Shown: positions 54,946 through 64,000 of the stretch, one piece after another
Position numbering within the stretch: the stretch's first letter is position 1
Layout of the letters: each line of letters opens with the position of its first letter
DNA from: a virus
Taxonomy: Duplodnaviria; Caudoviricetes
Strand: one strand, 5' to 3'
Length of the DNA stretch: 64,000 nt
Virus record (IMG/VR): IMGVR_UViG_3300021399_000106
Span: 32,001 to 96,000 of that record
Notes under the pieces: model-generated
The model's input: the letters and a program-made list of their open reading frames with translations, nothing else
Database searches by the model: none
What the model was told of the DNA's origin: nothing
Program-made: the position numbers and the translations under genes

Positions 54946-55473
54946 ATGAGATATGCAAAAATAAGAAAAACAGATATTTCAAATGGTCCAGGAATTAGAG
55001 TAAGTATATTTGTTCAAGGATGTTCATTTCATTGTAAAGGTTGTTTTAATGAAGATACTTGGGATTTTAATGGTGGAAAAGAATTTACAGATGAAATATT
55101 TGATAAATTAATAGAATTATGTAAAGGTACTCATATTCAAGGATTAAGTATTTTAGGTGGTGAACCTTTACATAAAAATAATGTAAATACAGTTTTAGAA
55201 ATTGTAAAAAGATTTAGAAAAGAATGTCCTGATAAAGATATTTGGTTATGGACAGGATTTGAAATAGATCCTTTAATTAATGATTTAATTTTAAAATATG
55301 ATGATGTTAGAAATTATTTAGAATTACTTAAAAATATTGATGTTGTAGTTGATGGTCAATTCGAAATTGATAAAGCAGATCCTAATTTAAAATATAAAGG
55401 TTCATCAAATCAAAGGGTAATTGATATTAAGAAAACATTACAAAATCAAGAAATAAGATTATATGAAAATTAA
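54946..55473 (+). CDS. nrdG: Anaerobic RNR activating protein
   Basis: NGPGIR, CSFHCKGCFN, GGEP, GSSNQ. Confidence 0.95.
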   Translation: MRYAKIRKTDISNGPGIRVSIFVQGCSFHCKGCFNEDTWDFNGGKEFTDEIFDKLIELCKGTHIQGLSILGGEPLHKNNVNTVLEIVKRFRKECPDKDIWLWTGFEIDPLINDLILKYDDVRNYLELLKNIDVVVDGQFEIDKADPNLKYKGSSNQRVIDIKKTLQNQEIRLYEN

Positions 55474-55559
55474 AAAATATTAAAAAATATTAAAATTTGA
55501 GCGAATATCGCTCTTTTTTTATTGTATAAATAATATGAAGATTAAAAATTAGAGGTGAT

Positions 55560-55844
55560 TTGATGGAAAGCATTTATGAAACAATTGGTTATGTAGTTGC
55601 TAAATTATCCCGTTATTCATATTGGCGAGATCAGTTATATCGAAAATTAAAAGGTAGAGAAAATATTGATAGGGCTGAAATAGAAACTGCTTTTTTAAAT
55701 AAAGTTTTATTTGAAAATGGTATTTATACAGCATCACTTATCAGTTGGACTAATTTAGTTTCCAAAGACGAATCAGAAAAATATCTTAAAAAATATGATG
55801 ATATATGGAAAGATTATATTAATTGGCAATGGAGCCAAAGATAA
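55560..55844 (+). CDS. Hypothetical protein
   Basis: GAGGTG RBS. Confidence 0.6.
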   Translation: MMESIYETIGYVVAKLSRYSYWRDQLYRKLKGRENIDRAEIETAFLNKVLFENGIYTASLISWTNLVSKDESEKYLKKYDDIWKDYINWQWSQR

Positions 55845-55858
55845 AGGAGGATTATTTT

Positions 55859-56218
55859 ATGATTTCATTTATAGTTTCAATGATAGGATTAGTAATATTT
55901 ATTGTTTTTATTATTTTATATATTAAATTAGATGTATTAGAAATACCATTTATTATTATTTCTACATTTGGTTTGGTAATGTTTATGTTATGTGGTGTAT
56001 GGAGTATTATTGGAAATACAGAACATGTAAATCAAAAAGAATATATAAAGGTAAAATTATTAGCAGAACATTTTAATGAATTAAGTAATAAGGAAAAAAT
56101 TGAAGTTGGTTCTGAAATTGAAAAATGGAATACCGGTCTAAATACATATAATAATATTTGGTTTAAATTTGTTATTGAGGATAGAAGTGCATATATTATA
56201 GAATTAGTGGAGGAATAA
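55859..56218 (+). CDS. Hypothetical membrane protein
   Basis: AGGAGG RBS, two transmembrane segments. Confidence 0.65.
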   Translation: MISFIVSMIGLVIFIVFIILYIKLDVLEIPFIIISTFGLVMFMLCGVWSIIGNTEHVNQKEYIKVKLLAEHFNELSNKEKIEVGSEIEKWNTGLNTYNNIWFKFVIEDRSAYIIELVEE

Positions 56219-56221
56219 AAT

Positions 56222-56590
56222 ATGTATGCTAGAACAAAATTTGGTATTGAACAAATTTTAGGAGAAGAGGATGAAAATCTTTATATAGTTTATAATGGCA
56301 CAGCAATAAATAGATGGGTTAGACATTATATGAATAAGTCTGATGCTATCAAATTATCCGATAAAGTAGAAGATTTATGTGATGAGTTTATTATTGAAAC
56401 TAAAGATAAAACTTTTACTTGGAAAGCTATTAAGGATTATGAATTTGCAAAAGATAATTGTGACTTCAAAAATGGAGAAAAAATAATTGGTATAATAACT
56501 AGATATGATGGAGTTAAAGTTAAAGTAGCTGAAACAAATTATTATCACCAATTACGTCCAATTAATTTTTCAATATATAAGGAGGAATAG
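56222..56590 (+). CDS. Hypothetical protein
   Basis: GGAGG RBS. Confidence 0.65.
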   Translation: MYARTKFGIEQILGEEDENLYIVYNGTAINRWVRHYMNKSDAIKLSDKVEDLCDEFIIETKDKTFTWKAIKDYEFAKDNCDFKNGEKIIGIITRYDGVKVKVAETNYYHQLRPINFSIYKEE

Positions 56591-56591
56591 T

Positions 56592-56858
56592 ATGGTATTT
56601 GGTATAGATAATAGAAAAGTTGCAAAAATATTTGATCCTAAAAACTTTCAATGTTATCACATTTATTGTTATTATGATGTAGATGATAATCAAAGAATAA
56701 TTGAGGATAAAATATATGTTAATTCTACTAATATAGCTGTTGGTGATTTTATACAATTAAAAGAAGGAACTTTTATAGTTGAGTATGTGTATATTCAAGG
56801 AAAATCATATACCCATTTAGTAGTTAAGAAGGTTAGAATAAGTTATGAGGTGATATAA
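56592..56858 (+). CDS. Hypothetical protein
   Basis: AGGAGG RBS. Confidence 0.6.
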   Translation: MVFGIDNRKVAKIFDPKNFQCYHIYCYYDVDDNQRIIEDKIYVNSTNIAVGDFIQLKEGTFIVEYVYIQGKSYTHLVVKKVRISYEVI

Positions 56859-58129
56859 TGAGAGATTTAGCGAGTATTGTTAGTGTAGCTAGCGTAAACA
56901 AAATGTTTGAAAAGGATAGAATAGTTTGGATTTCATTAAATGAAAACGGATATGAATTTATAGTTCCTGCTGATACAAAGGTAGGGGATAAATTAGTTTG
57001 CATTCAAGAAGGTGCTATTTTACCAGTAGAAGAAAGATGGGAATTTTTAAGAAAGCGTTGTTATAGAGATGATTTACAAGGTTTCTTAATTAAGCCTATG
57101 ACAATGGGGGCAAAGGATTTAAATGGTGAAAAAGGTGATAGAGTTAAGTCTTGGGGTTTATGTGTAACTTTAAGTGAAGCTGGATTACCTGAAAATTTAA
57201 AACCTGAAACTGATGTAACTGATAAATTAAATATTAGAAAGTATGAACCAGCTGAAGATGCATCACCTCAAAAGATGCCTAAAATTCCTAGAATTATTAA
57301 GTTCTGTTTAAAGCATAAGATAACTAGATGGATTGGAAATAGATATATGGCTTATAGAAAAGCTAAATATCAAAAAGGAGATTTCCCAACTGAAATTATT
57401 TCAAGATCCGATGAAACAACAATTCAAAACTGTAAATCAATTATGAAGGATTTTCCTGGTAAGCAAGCTTTCATTACTGCTAAGATGGAAGGTCAATCAT
57501 TTACTTGTTCATTAGATCCTAAAAAGAAATATGAATTCTATGTATGTTCTAGAAATCATAGATTAGTTGAAGGTGAAAGTGATGCTAAAAGATTCTATGA
57601 TACAGCAAAGAGATATGATATTGCAAAGAAATTAAAGGATTATTATAAGAAAACTGGACATTTATTAATGATTCAAGGTGAACAAGTAGGTCCTGGTATT
57701 CAAGAAAACATTTATGGATATAAAGAAACTCAATGGTTTGTATTTAGAATGAAGGAATATATTAATAAGGAATGGGTTGAATTACCTTATTTTGCATTCA
57801 GAGATGTAGCTTGGAAATTAGGTTTAAAAGTAGTTCCTTTAGTTGATGTAATTAATGATATGGGTCAATTTGATACTATTGATAAATTAGTTAAATATGC
57901 TGAAGGTGTTGCTTGGACTCCACAAACAATTGATACAGGATTACAATATCATCCAAATGAAAATGATGTTTTATGGAAAACTTATTTACAACATGAAGGA
58001 ATTGTTGTTAAGAGCTTTGATTACAACAAAGAAAAAGGAAAAGGTTTCTCATTCAAAGTTAAGAATTTACAATATGCTGAAAAAGGTTTAAAGGAAATTG
58101 CTAAGGTAAGAGAAAAGCTTTCTAAATAA
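56858..58129 (+). CDS. RNA ligase, Rnl2 / DRB0094-like
   Basis: MRDLASI, SDETTIQN, KMEGQS, CSRN, QGEQVGPGIQEN, HEGIV, SFKV. Confidence 0.88.
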   Translation: MRDLASIVSVASVNKMFEKDRIVWISLNENGYEFIVPADTKVGDKLVCIQEGAILPVEERWEFLRKRCYRDDLQGFLIKPMTMGAKDLNGEKGDRVKSWGLCVTLSEAGLPENLKPETDVTDKLNIRKYEPAEDASPQKMPKIPRIIKFCLKHKITRWIGNRYMAYRKAKYQKGDFPTEIISRSDETTIQNCKSIMKDFPGKQAFITAKMEGQSFTCSLDPKKKYEFYVCSRNHRLVEGESDAKRFYDTAKRYDIAKKLKDYYKKTGHLLMIQGEQVGPGIQENIYGYKETQWFVFRMKEYINKEWVELPYFAFRDVAWKLGLKVVPLVDVINDMGQFDTIDKLVKYAEGVAWTPQTIDTGLQYHPNENDVLWKTYLQHEGIVVKSFDYNKEKGKGFSFKVKNLQYAEKGLKEIAKVREKLSK

Positions 58130-58139
58130 GGAGGATAAT

Positions 58140-58562
58140 ATGAGACTAGTTAGATTAGAACAATATTATATGGGTAATACTTATTCAACAACTAAATATG
58201 TATATAAAGCTGCAGATAATATTAAAGTAGGAGATTTAGTTTCAGGTTCTAAATATATTGGTATAGTTATTGAGGATAATGTAAAACCAGTATTAGAATT
58301 AAATAGATATAAAGATACCTATCCTTGTAGTAGAGAAGAAGCTTTTAAATTTTTAAAAGAAACTTATTTAGCTAAAGAGGCAAATGAATATTATAATGAA
58401 TATGAGCGAATACGTAAATGTGGTGGATATGAAGATCCTAATTTTGGTTGGGTATCTGCTTATGAAATGGATGATTGTGATTATGAACCTGAAGATAAAC
58501 ATAATCAAATATGGGCTGAAAAATTTGCTAACCGAGTTTTGGAAAAGTGGAAAGTGAAATAA
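58140..58562 (+). CDS. Hypothetical protein
   Basis: AGGAGG RBS. Confidence 0.65.
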   Translation: MRLVRLEQYYMGNTYSTTKYVYKAADNIKVGDLVSGSKYIGIVIEDNVKPVLELNRYKDTYPCSREEAFKFLKETYLAKEANEYYNEYERIRKCGGYEDPNFGWVSAYEMDDCDYEPEDKHNQIWAEKFANRVLEKWKVK

Positions 58563-58720
58563 TGTTTACACTCGATGAAAAACTAATTGTAATAGAAATT
58601 ATTCCAATAGAAGCAGTAAGTTGGGTAGAAATAACATTATTTAAGAATGGTAGTATAAGAATTGAGGATAAAACCATATTTTAAGAGGTATTATAACTAT
58701 ATACCTCTTTTCTTTTATTC

Positions 58721-58729
58721 ACTAAATTA
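58721..58729 (+). promoter_or_regulatory. Example of the recurrent ACTAAATTA motif (second promoter class)
   Basis: Eight intergenic copies upstream of genes. Confidence 0.5.
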
Positions 58730-58772
58730 TTTATAATAATAAATAATATATAAAAAGAAAGGATAATTTAGT

Positions 58773-59207
58773 ATGGATAAAATTATAGGATATACAACAG
58801 GTGTATATGATTTATTTCACATTGGACATTTAAATTTATTAAAAAATGCAAAAGGTATGTGTGATATGTTGGTTGTAGGTGTGACTGTTGATGAGTTGGT
58901 AACTTATAAAGGTAAACATGCTATGATACCATTTGAGGATAGAATTGAAATTGTAAGAAGTATCAAGTACGTTGATGCCGCTATTCCACAATACGATATG
59001 GACAAATTAACAGCGTGTAAAAAACTCGGAGCCTCTATTTTATTTGTTGGTGATGATTGATATGGAACAGATAAATGAAAAGCTTACGAGGAAGAGTTTG
59101 CAAAAGAAGGAATTAAGATAGTCTATTTTCCTTATACAAAAGGTATATCTTCTACAAAAATAAATAATGCGTTAAATAAATTTCAATCAGAAGTGGAGGG
59201 AAAATAA
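58773..59207 (+). CDS. TagD-like cytidylyltransferase (2 in-frame TGA)
   Basis: YDLFHIGH, VGDD(W), YTKGISST. Confidence 0.9.
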
Positions 59208-60257
59208 ATGTCAAAAGATAAAAATTACTGTATGTCTTCATACATAGCATTTAGATACATTGAGGATAATAATAAGGATTTTTCGGAAAATAAAAAACAT
59301 CAAAACATAAATCCAATAGATATAGATAAAAGAATAAAATGTTTTACAAGTGATGATATTGGTTTAAATATAGAAAAACAAATTAATATGTTAAAACAAA
59401 AATATAATAAACTTGGTGTTATGTTATCAGGGGGTATGGATAGTGCAATTGTTGCCTCTTATATGTCAGGATGTGATGCCTATACATTTAGATTTTTAGG
59501 AGGAGATTTTCAATCAGAGGAATTAAAAAGAGCCGAATATTTTGCTAATTATTATAAACTTAATCTTCATTATGTTGACATTTGCTGAGAAACAGTTATT
59601 AAGTATCTTGATCCGGTAATGGAATCTAAATGTGCACCCGTTCATTCAATTGAACCACAGATTTTACAAGCCGCCTTACAAGCAAAAGACGATGGTGTTG
59701 ACTGTATTCTTATTGGTGAGAGTAGTGATCTTGTTTTTGGTGGAATGGATGGTTTACTTGCAAAAGATTGAAGTTTTGAAGAATTTGTAAAAAGATATAC
59801 TTTTTTAGATCCATCGTTGGTTTTAAAGGAACCAGTATCTATGAATTACCTATTTGAAAGATATAGATTACCTGATGATAAAATAGATTTTATGAAATTC
59901 CTGGATGACGTATATTCAATAGAAAGTTCAAGTAGTTATTTAAATGCATTTAAGGTAGCAAATCTTGATTACTATGACCCATACGCTCATTTAATTATGG
60001 GTGATAAATTGGATCTAAATAGAGTCAGAAATGGTGAGTCTAAATATTTAATTAGAGAATTAATGGCTAAAAGATATCCGGAAATACCGGTACCAAATAA
60101 GACACCAATGCCTAGACCTGTAGATGAATACTTTAAATATTGAGAAGGTCCAAAAAGAGCCGAATTTAGAGATGATATTGATATGTCTAAATTAACAGGT
60201 AATCAAAAATGACAACTTTATTGTTTAGAAAAATTTTTAGATAATATGGAGAGATAG
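59208..60257 (+). CDS. Asparagine-synthase-like PP-loop ATPase (4 in-frame TGA)
   Basis: LSGGMDS, GESSDLVFGG, KYLIRE. Confidence 0.8.
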
Positions 60258-60258
60258 T

Positions 60259-61350
60259 ATGAATCCAATAGATATTGTAATTACTTATTTAAATTCAAAC
60301 GATAAAAAATGACAACAAGATTATAATATGTATATGGATAAGGAAATAAAAAGTGGTATACATAATAAAAATGATAGACAATCATTTGGTATTGAAAGAA
60401 TAAGAGAATGGGATAATCTAAGATACTGATTTAGAGGAATAGAAAAAAATTGTCCTTGAATTAATAAAATATTCTTTGTAGTTCAAAATGAAAGACATAT
60501 TCCTAATTGATTAGATAAAAATAATCCAAAATTAAGAATAGTTTATCATGAGGAGTTCATACCTAAAGAATTATTACCCACATTCAATGCAATTACAATT
60601 GCTTTCTATTTATCAAATATAAAAGATTTATCTGAAAATTTTATAACCTGTGATGATGATATGTTCTTTATAAATGAAACAACATCAGATTTATTCTTTG
60701 ATAATAATGGTAATGCTGTTCTTGATATAAGAAAAGAGCCTTATAAATTGAATTATTGAAATGATTGAGAAAGGATTCTAAATAATAATAAAGAGTTTAT
60801 TCATAATTTTATGAATAAAGATAACGAATGCTGTTTTAAGTATTCACATTTACCTGATCCAATGAATAAAAAAATTACACAGGATTTAATTAATAAATAT
60901 TACGATAAATTTTTTAATTCATTCAAATTATCTAAATTTAGAAAAACTGATAATTATCAAAGATTTCTTCTTGTTGATTTTCCTAAAATTGGTAAAAAAG
61001 AAAACAACGTACAAAGAATGAATGTATCTAAATATGTACATTATACATCAGAAATAGATTTAAGAAAATATAACAGGTATAAAATTGTATGTATAAATGA
61101 TACAGAGGCTATGGATGATTTTACAACATGTAAAAATAATCTTTTAGTTTTCTTACAAAATTTATTACCTAATAAATCGTCATTTGAATTGGATAATTTT
61201 ACCTATGAAGGTAACTATATCATAAAAGTTAAAAATGAAAACAAGAAGGTTGAAACAAACAAACCAAAAAAGCTTTTAAATAAACAAAAGGTTAAATCAA
61301 ATACTGCTTTTACCGGTTTACCTGATGAATGGTGAAAAGAAAATTATTAG
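60259..61350 (+). CDS. Stealth-family hexose-1-phosphate transferase (several in-frame TGA)
   Basis: IDIVITY, LRY(W)FRGIEKNCP(W), HEEFIP..LLPTFN, DDDMF, CIND. Confidence 0.88.
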
Positions 61351-61373
61351 TTAACATGAAAGGATAAAATAAA

Positions 61374-62183
61374 ATGAAAATTTGTATAGGAATTATAAGT
61401 TGACTACCCTCAGAAAATGAGCATAGAATACAACGAATTGAAAGATTTAATAAAACATTAGATGAATTAGATAATGCTTTTGGAGACAGAGTTGGATATC
61501 TAATAGTTTCTCAGAATTGAAGAGATTATAAATTACCTAAAAAAATAAAGGATAAAGCAGAAGTTTTCAACTATGATAAATTAGGTATATTAAAAGCAAG
61601 AAAAACTTTAAGAAAACATTTCTTAGAATCAGATTATGATTATTTAATAATGAGTGATGATGATGTTATGATGAAATATAATGATTCATCTGTTATTGAT
61701 AATTATTTAAAGGCTTTAAATGATAATCCTCAAGGATTTATGTTTTTACAATATGGTTGATCCTTAAATTTATGTGCCATTTCGAGATGAATATATGAAA
61801 GGGAAGATATGGTTGATGTTGATCCAGAAAAAAATGAAGGATATGAGGATACTACATTTCCTAATCTTTTACATTATAAATATCCTGATAAGGAATTTAA
61901 GGTACAAGGTATTGAATTCTTACAACATAAATTAGAAAATAGAAGAAAACTTAAATCAACTTGAGAAAATGTAAATATAAAGCATATATTACTTAAAAAA
62001 AGAAGTCAATATATAATAAATGGATTTAAAAATGGTAATTTTGATGTAAAAAAATTAAAGGATGAAGCTTTAGAAAAAGTGACAGATGAAAGTTGAATGA
62101 CTAGAACACGAAATCAAGTTGTAGTAAAAGATTCTACAGCATTTACAGGTTTACCTGACGAGTGGTGAAAAGAAGACTTTTAA
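61374..62183 (+). CDS. Glycosyltransferase-like protein (GT-A; several in-frame TGA)
   Basis: GILKAR, YLIMSDDD, GYED; absent from the ORF track. Confidence 0.7.
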
Positions 62184-62268
62184 TAGAAATAATAAACCTT
62201 TATTAATAATATAAAGGTTTTTATTTTTATCAACTAAATTAATTATAATAATGAATGGAGGTTATTCT

Positions 62269-63189
62269 ATGCCAAATAATATGAATAAATATGGTTTTGG
62301 AAATAATCAGGATACAGATAATAGAGATTGATATCCTACAAAACAAGAACCAATAAAGGCAAAATTATATCCATATAATCATATAGACGATTTAATTAAT
62401 GAAAAACTAGAACAACATATTCAAAGAACTGATAATCCACATCAAGTTACTTTACAACAATTAGGTGTAGATCATTTATTTACTCATAATATGAGAGTTG
62501 AATATGATGAAGATAAACCAATTATTCATTTAATATTATTAGATTTAAATGGTAATCCATTAAGTGATGTAGGTCCTATTGATATTGATGTTTCTGAATA
62601 TAGTGAAGAACAACTTGAAGAATTAAAAAGATATTTAGAAGAAAAAATTAATGTTATTGAAGAGGAAATTAAAGAGATAACTGATAAACTAAGTATTGAA
62701 GAATTAAGTAAAAGAACATATACAGATTTAGATAATATCGAACATACAGTAGTTAGAATTCAACTAGACGAAAAAGAAAGTATTTATAGAGATTATGATG
62801 GTAATGATGTAGTTAAAATTGTTGATAATAATGTTTTATTAAATGGCGAACCATTATCTCCTAACTTAACTGTTAATTCAGATACTATTATTAATAAGGT
62901 ATTGGAAACAAATGCAGAAGAAGTGTATGATAATAAATTAAATGTATTAAATTTAACAATTCCTAGTTCAGCTAAACACGGTTTCTGTTCATATATAAGT
63001 TTTGAACCTGCATCAACTTTTACATTTAATGTTATTAATGAAAGTGAATATAGCTTAAAAATTATTATGAATGGTGCTAAAACAACATTATCTGATATAC
63101 AATTCGTTGATAACTGTCAATATAATTTAATGTTCTTATGTAATGGAGTTAATGTTGAATTATATATTCAGGAAATTCAATTAGTATAA
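62269..63189 (+). CDS. Putative virion structural protein (1 in-frame TGA)
   Basis: HIQRTDNPHQVTLQQLG motif common in tail proteins; GGAGG RBS. Confidence 0.6.
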
Positions 63190-63201
63190 AGGTGGCAATT
63201 T

Positions 63202-64000
63202 ATGAGATATTTAGATGCCAAAAAGAGATTAATGTTTATGATGGCAACTCTAAAATATATTAGATTGCTATTTAAAAATGAAATAACAATAACAGATGAT
63301 GAGTTAAAATTACTAGTGCAGAAATCAATTCCACTAATATTTAAAGATTATACTATAAGAACAGAAGATATGAATGAAATAGTTAACGGAATTAAAAGTT
63401 GCATTTTACAATTTAATAAAAATATTAGTAAGATTAATGAAAATGTAACTATGGAAACAATTAGAAGAGGTCTTATTCATATTGATGATAAATTATTTGT
63501 AAATAATATTGCAAAATTAATTTTAGCACTATCAAATACATTTATATCAGATGAAAATTTAATTAGTTTAGTAGATTCTAATATGTTAACCACCTCTCAA
63601 ATAAAACCGCTTAAAAACGGAGAATTACCTATAAATATAGAGGATAAATTAATAGTAATTATTAAAAAAGCTATGCCATTTATATTTTATAATGAAAATA
63701 TAAGTATAGAAGATAAAAATATAATATTAGATAATATATCATCTATAATTTTAAAACCAAAAGATGATAATATAGAATCAAAATATGAAATGGTAATGGA
63801 AACTATAATTAGAAATTCATTATATATTAATGGAAAAATTAAGGTTAAAGAAGATTTAGCTAATTTAATTACATCAATTTCAAATTTATTTTATGTTGAT
63901 ACATTTATTACTACTAAAGATTATAATAAACTGTTAGCGTCAATTTCAAATAAATTAAAAATAGATTCAAAGATTACCGTAGATAATGCTTTTGAGTTAG
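63202..64000 (+). CDS. Hypothetical protein (3' truncated)
   Basis: Open frame to window end. Confidence 0.6.
   Translation, partial: MRYLDAKKRLMFMMATLKYIRLLFKNEITITDDELKLLVQKSIPLIFKDYTIRTEDMNEIVNGIKSCILQFNKNISKINENVTMETIRRGLIHIDDKLFVNNIAKLILALSNTFISDENLISLVDSNMLTTSQIKPLKNGELPINIEDKLIVIIKKAMPFIFYNENISIEDKNIILDNISSIILKPKDDNIESKYEMVMETIIRNSLYINGKIKVKEDLANLITSISNLFYVDTFITTKDYNKLLASISNKLKIDSKITVDNAFEL

Noticed and set aside
17803-58091. Minus-strand and alternate-frame short ORFs (for example 17969, 19586, 23288, 27807, 32494, 33291, 45786, 57897)
   Set aside because: They overlap well-supported plus-strand genes and show no recognisable motifs
25202-61350. Apparent split genes or pseudogenes (thyX, dnaB, primase, nrdD, SNF2 and others)
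   Set aside because: All breaks are in-frame TGA codons; recoding explains them without frameshifts, introns or decay

Overview
A 64 kb, AT-rich segment of a large dsDNA bacteriophage genome, almost all coded on the + strand; the host is probably Bacillota/Mollicutes-like (inference). The phage reads TGA as Trp (code 4). Many core genes that the ORF track splits (DNA ligase, ThyX, DnaC-like loader, DnaB, primase, SSB, PolA, PhoH, FolE, DpdA, SNF2 helicase, NrdD, glycan genes) become full length when TGA is read through. A tRNA with anticodon UCA lies directly upstream of a phage TrpRS. The window holds NAD salvage genes, a ROOL-like large ncRNA, about 31 canonical tRNAs covering all 20 amino acids plus several aberrant tRNA-like genes, and RNA-repair enzymes (Tpt1/KptA, Rnl1, Pnk-HD, Rnl2-like). 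It also holds a replication module, a 7-deazaguanine pathway (folE, queD, queE, queC, queF, dpdA-like), anaerobic RNR with GrcA, and a glycan-modifying cluster. The most striking signal is a family of 8 non-coding elements sharing one handle (a covarying terminal stem followed by ACWGCRA). The handles enclose different cargoes: near-complete tRNA bodies, a lone Lys anticodon arm, three differently circularly permuted tRNAs (Pro-like, Asp, Leu), or AT-rich filler. Four of them flank a DUF2828/vWA (Ro60/TROVE-like) gene next to Tpt1, suggesting a Y-RNA-like tRNA-mimic ribonucleoprotein system. All family assignments are by eye from motifs; no searches were run.
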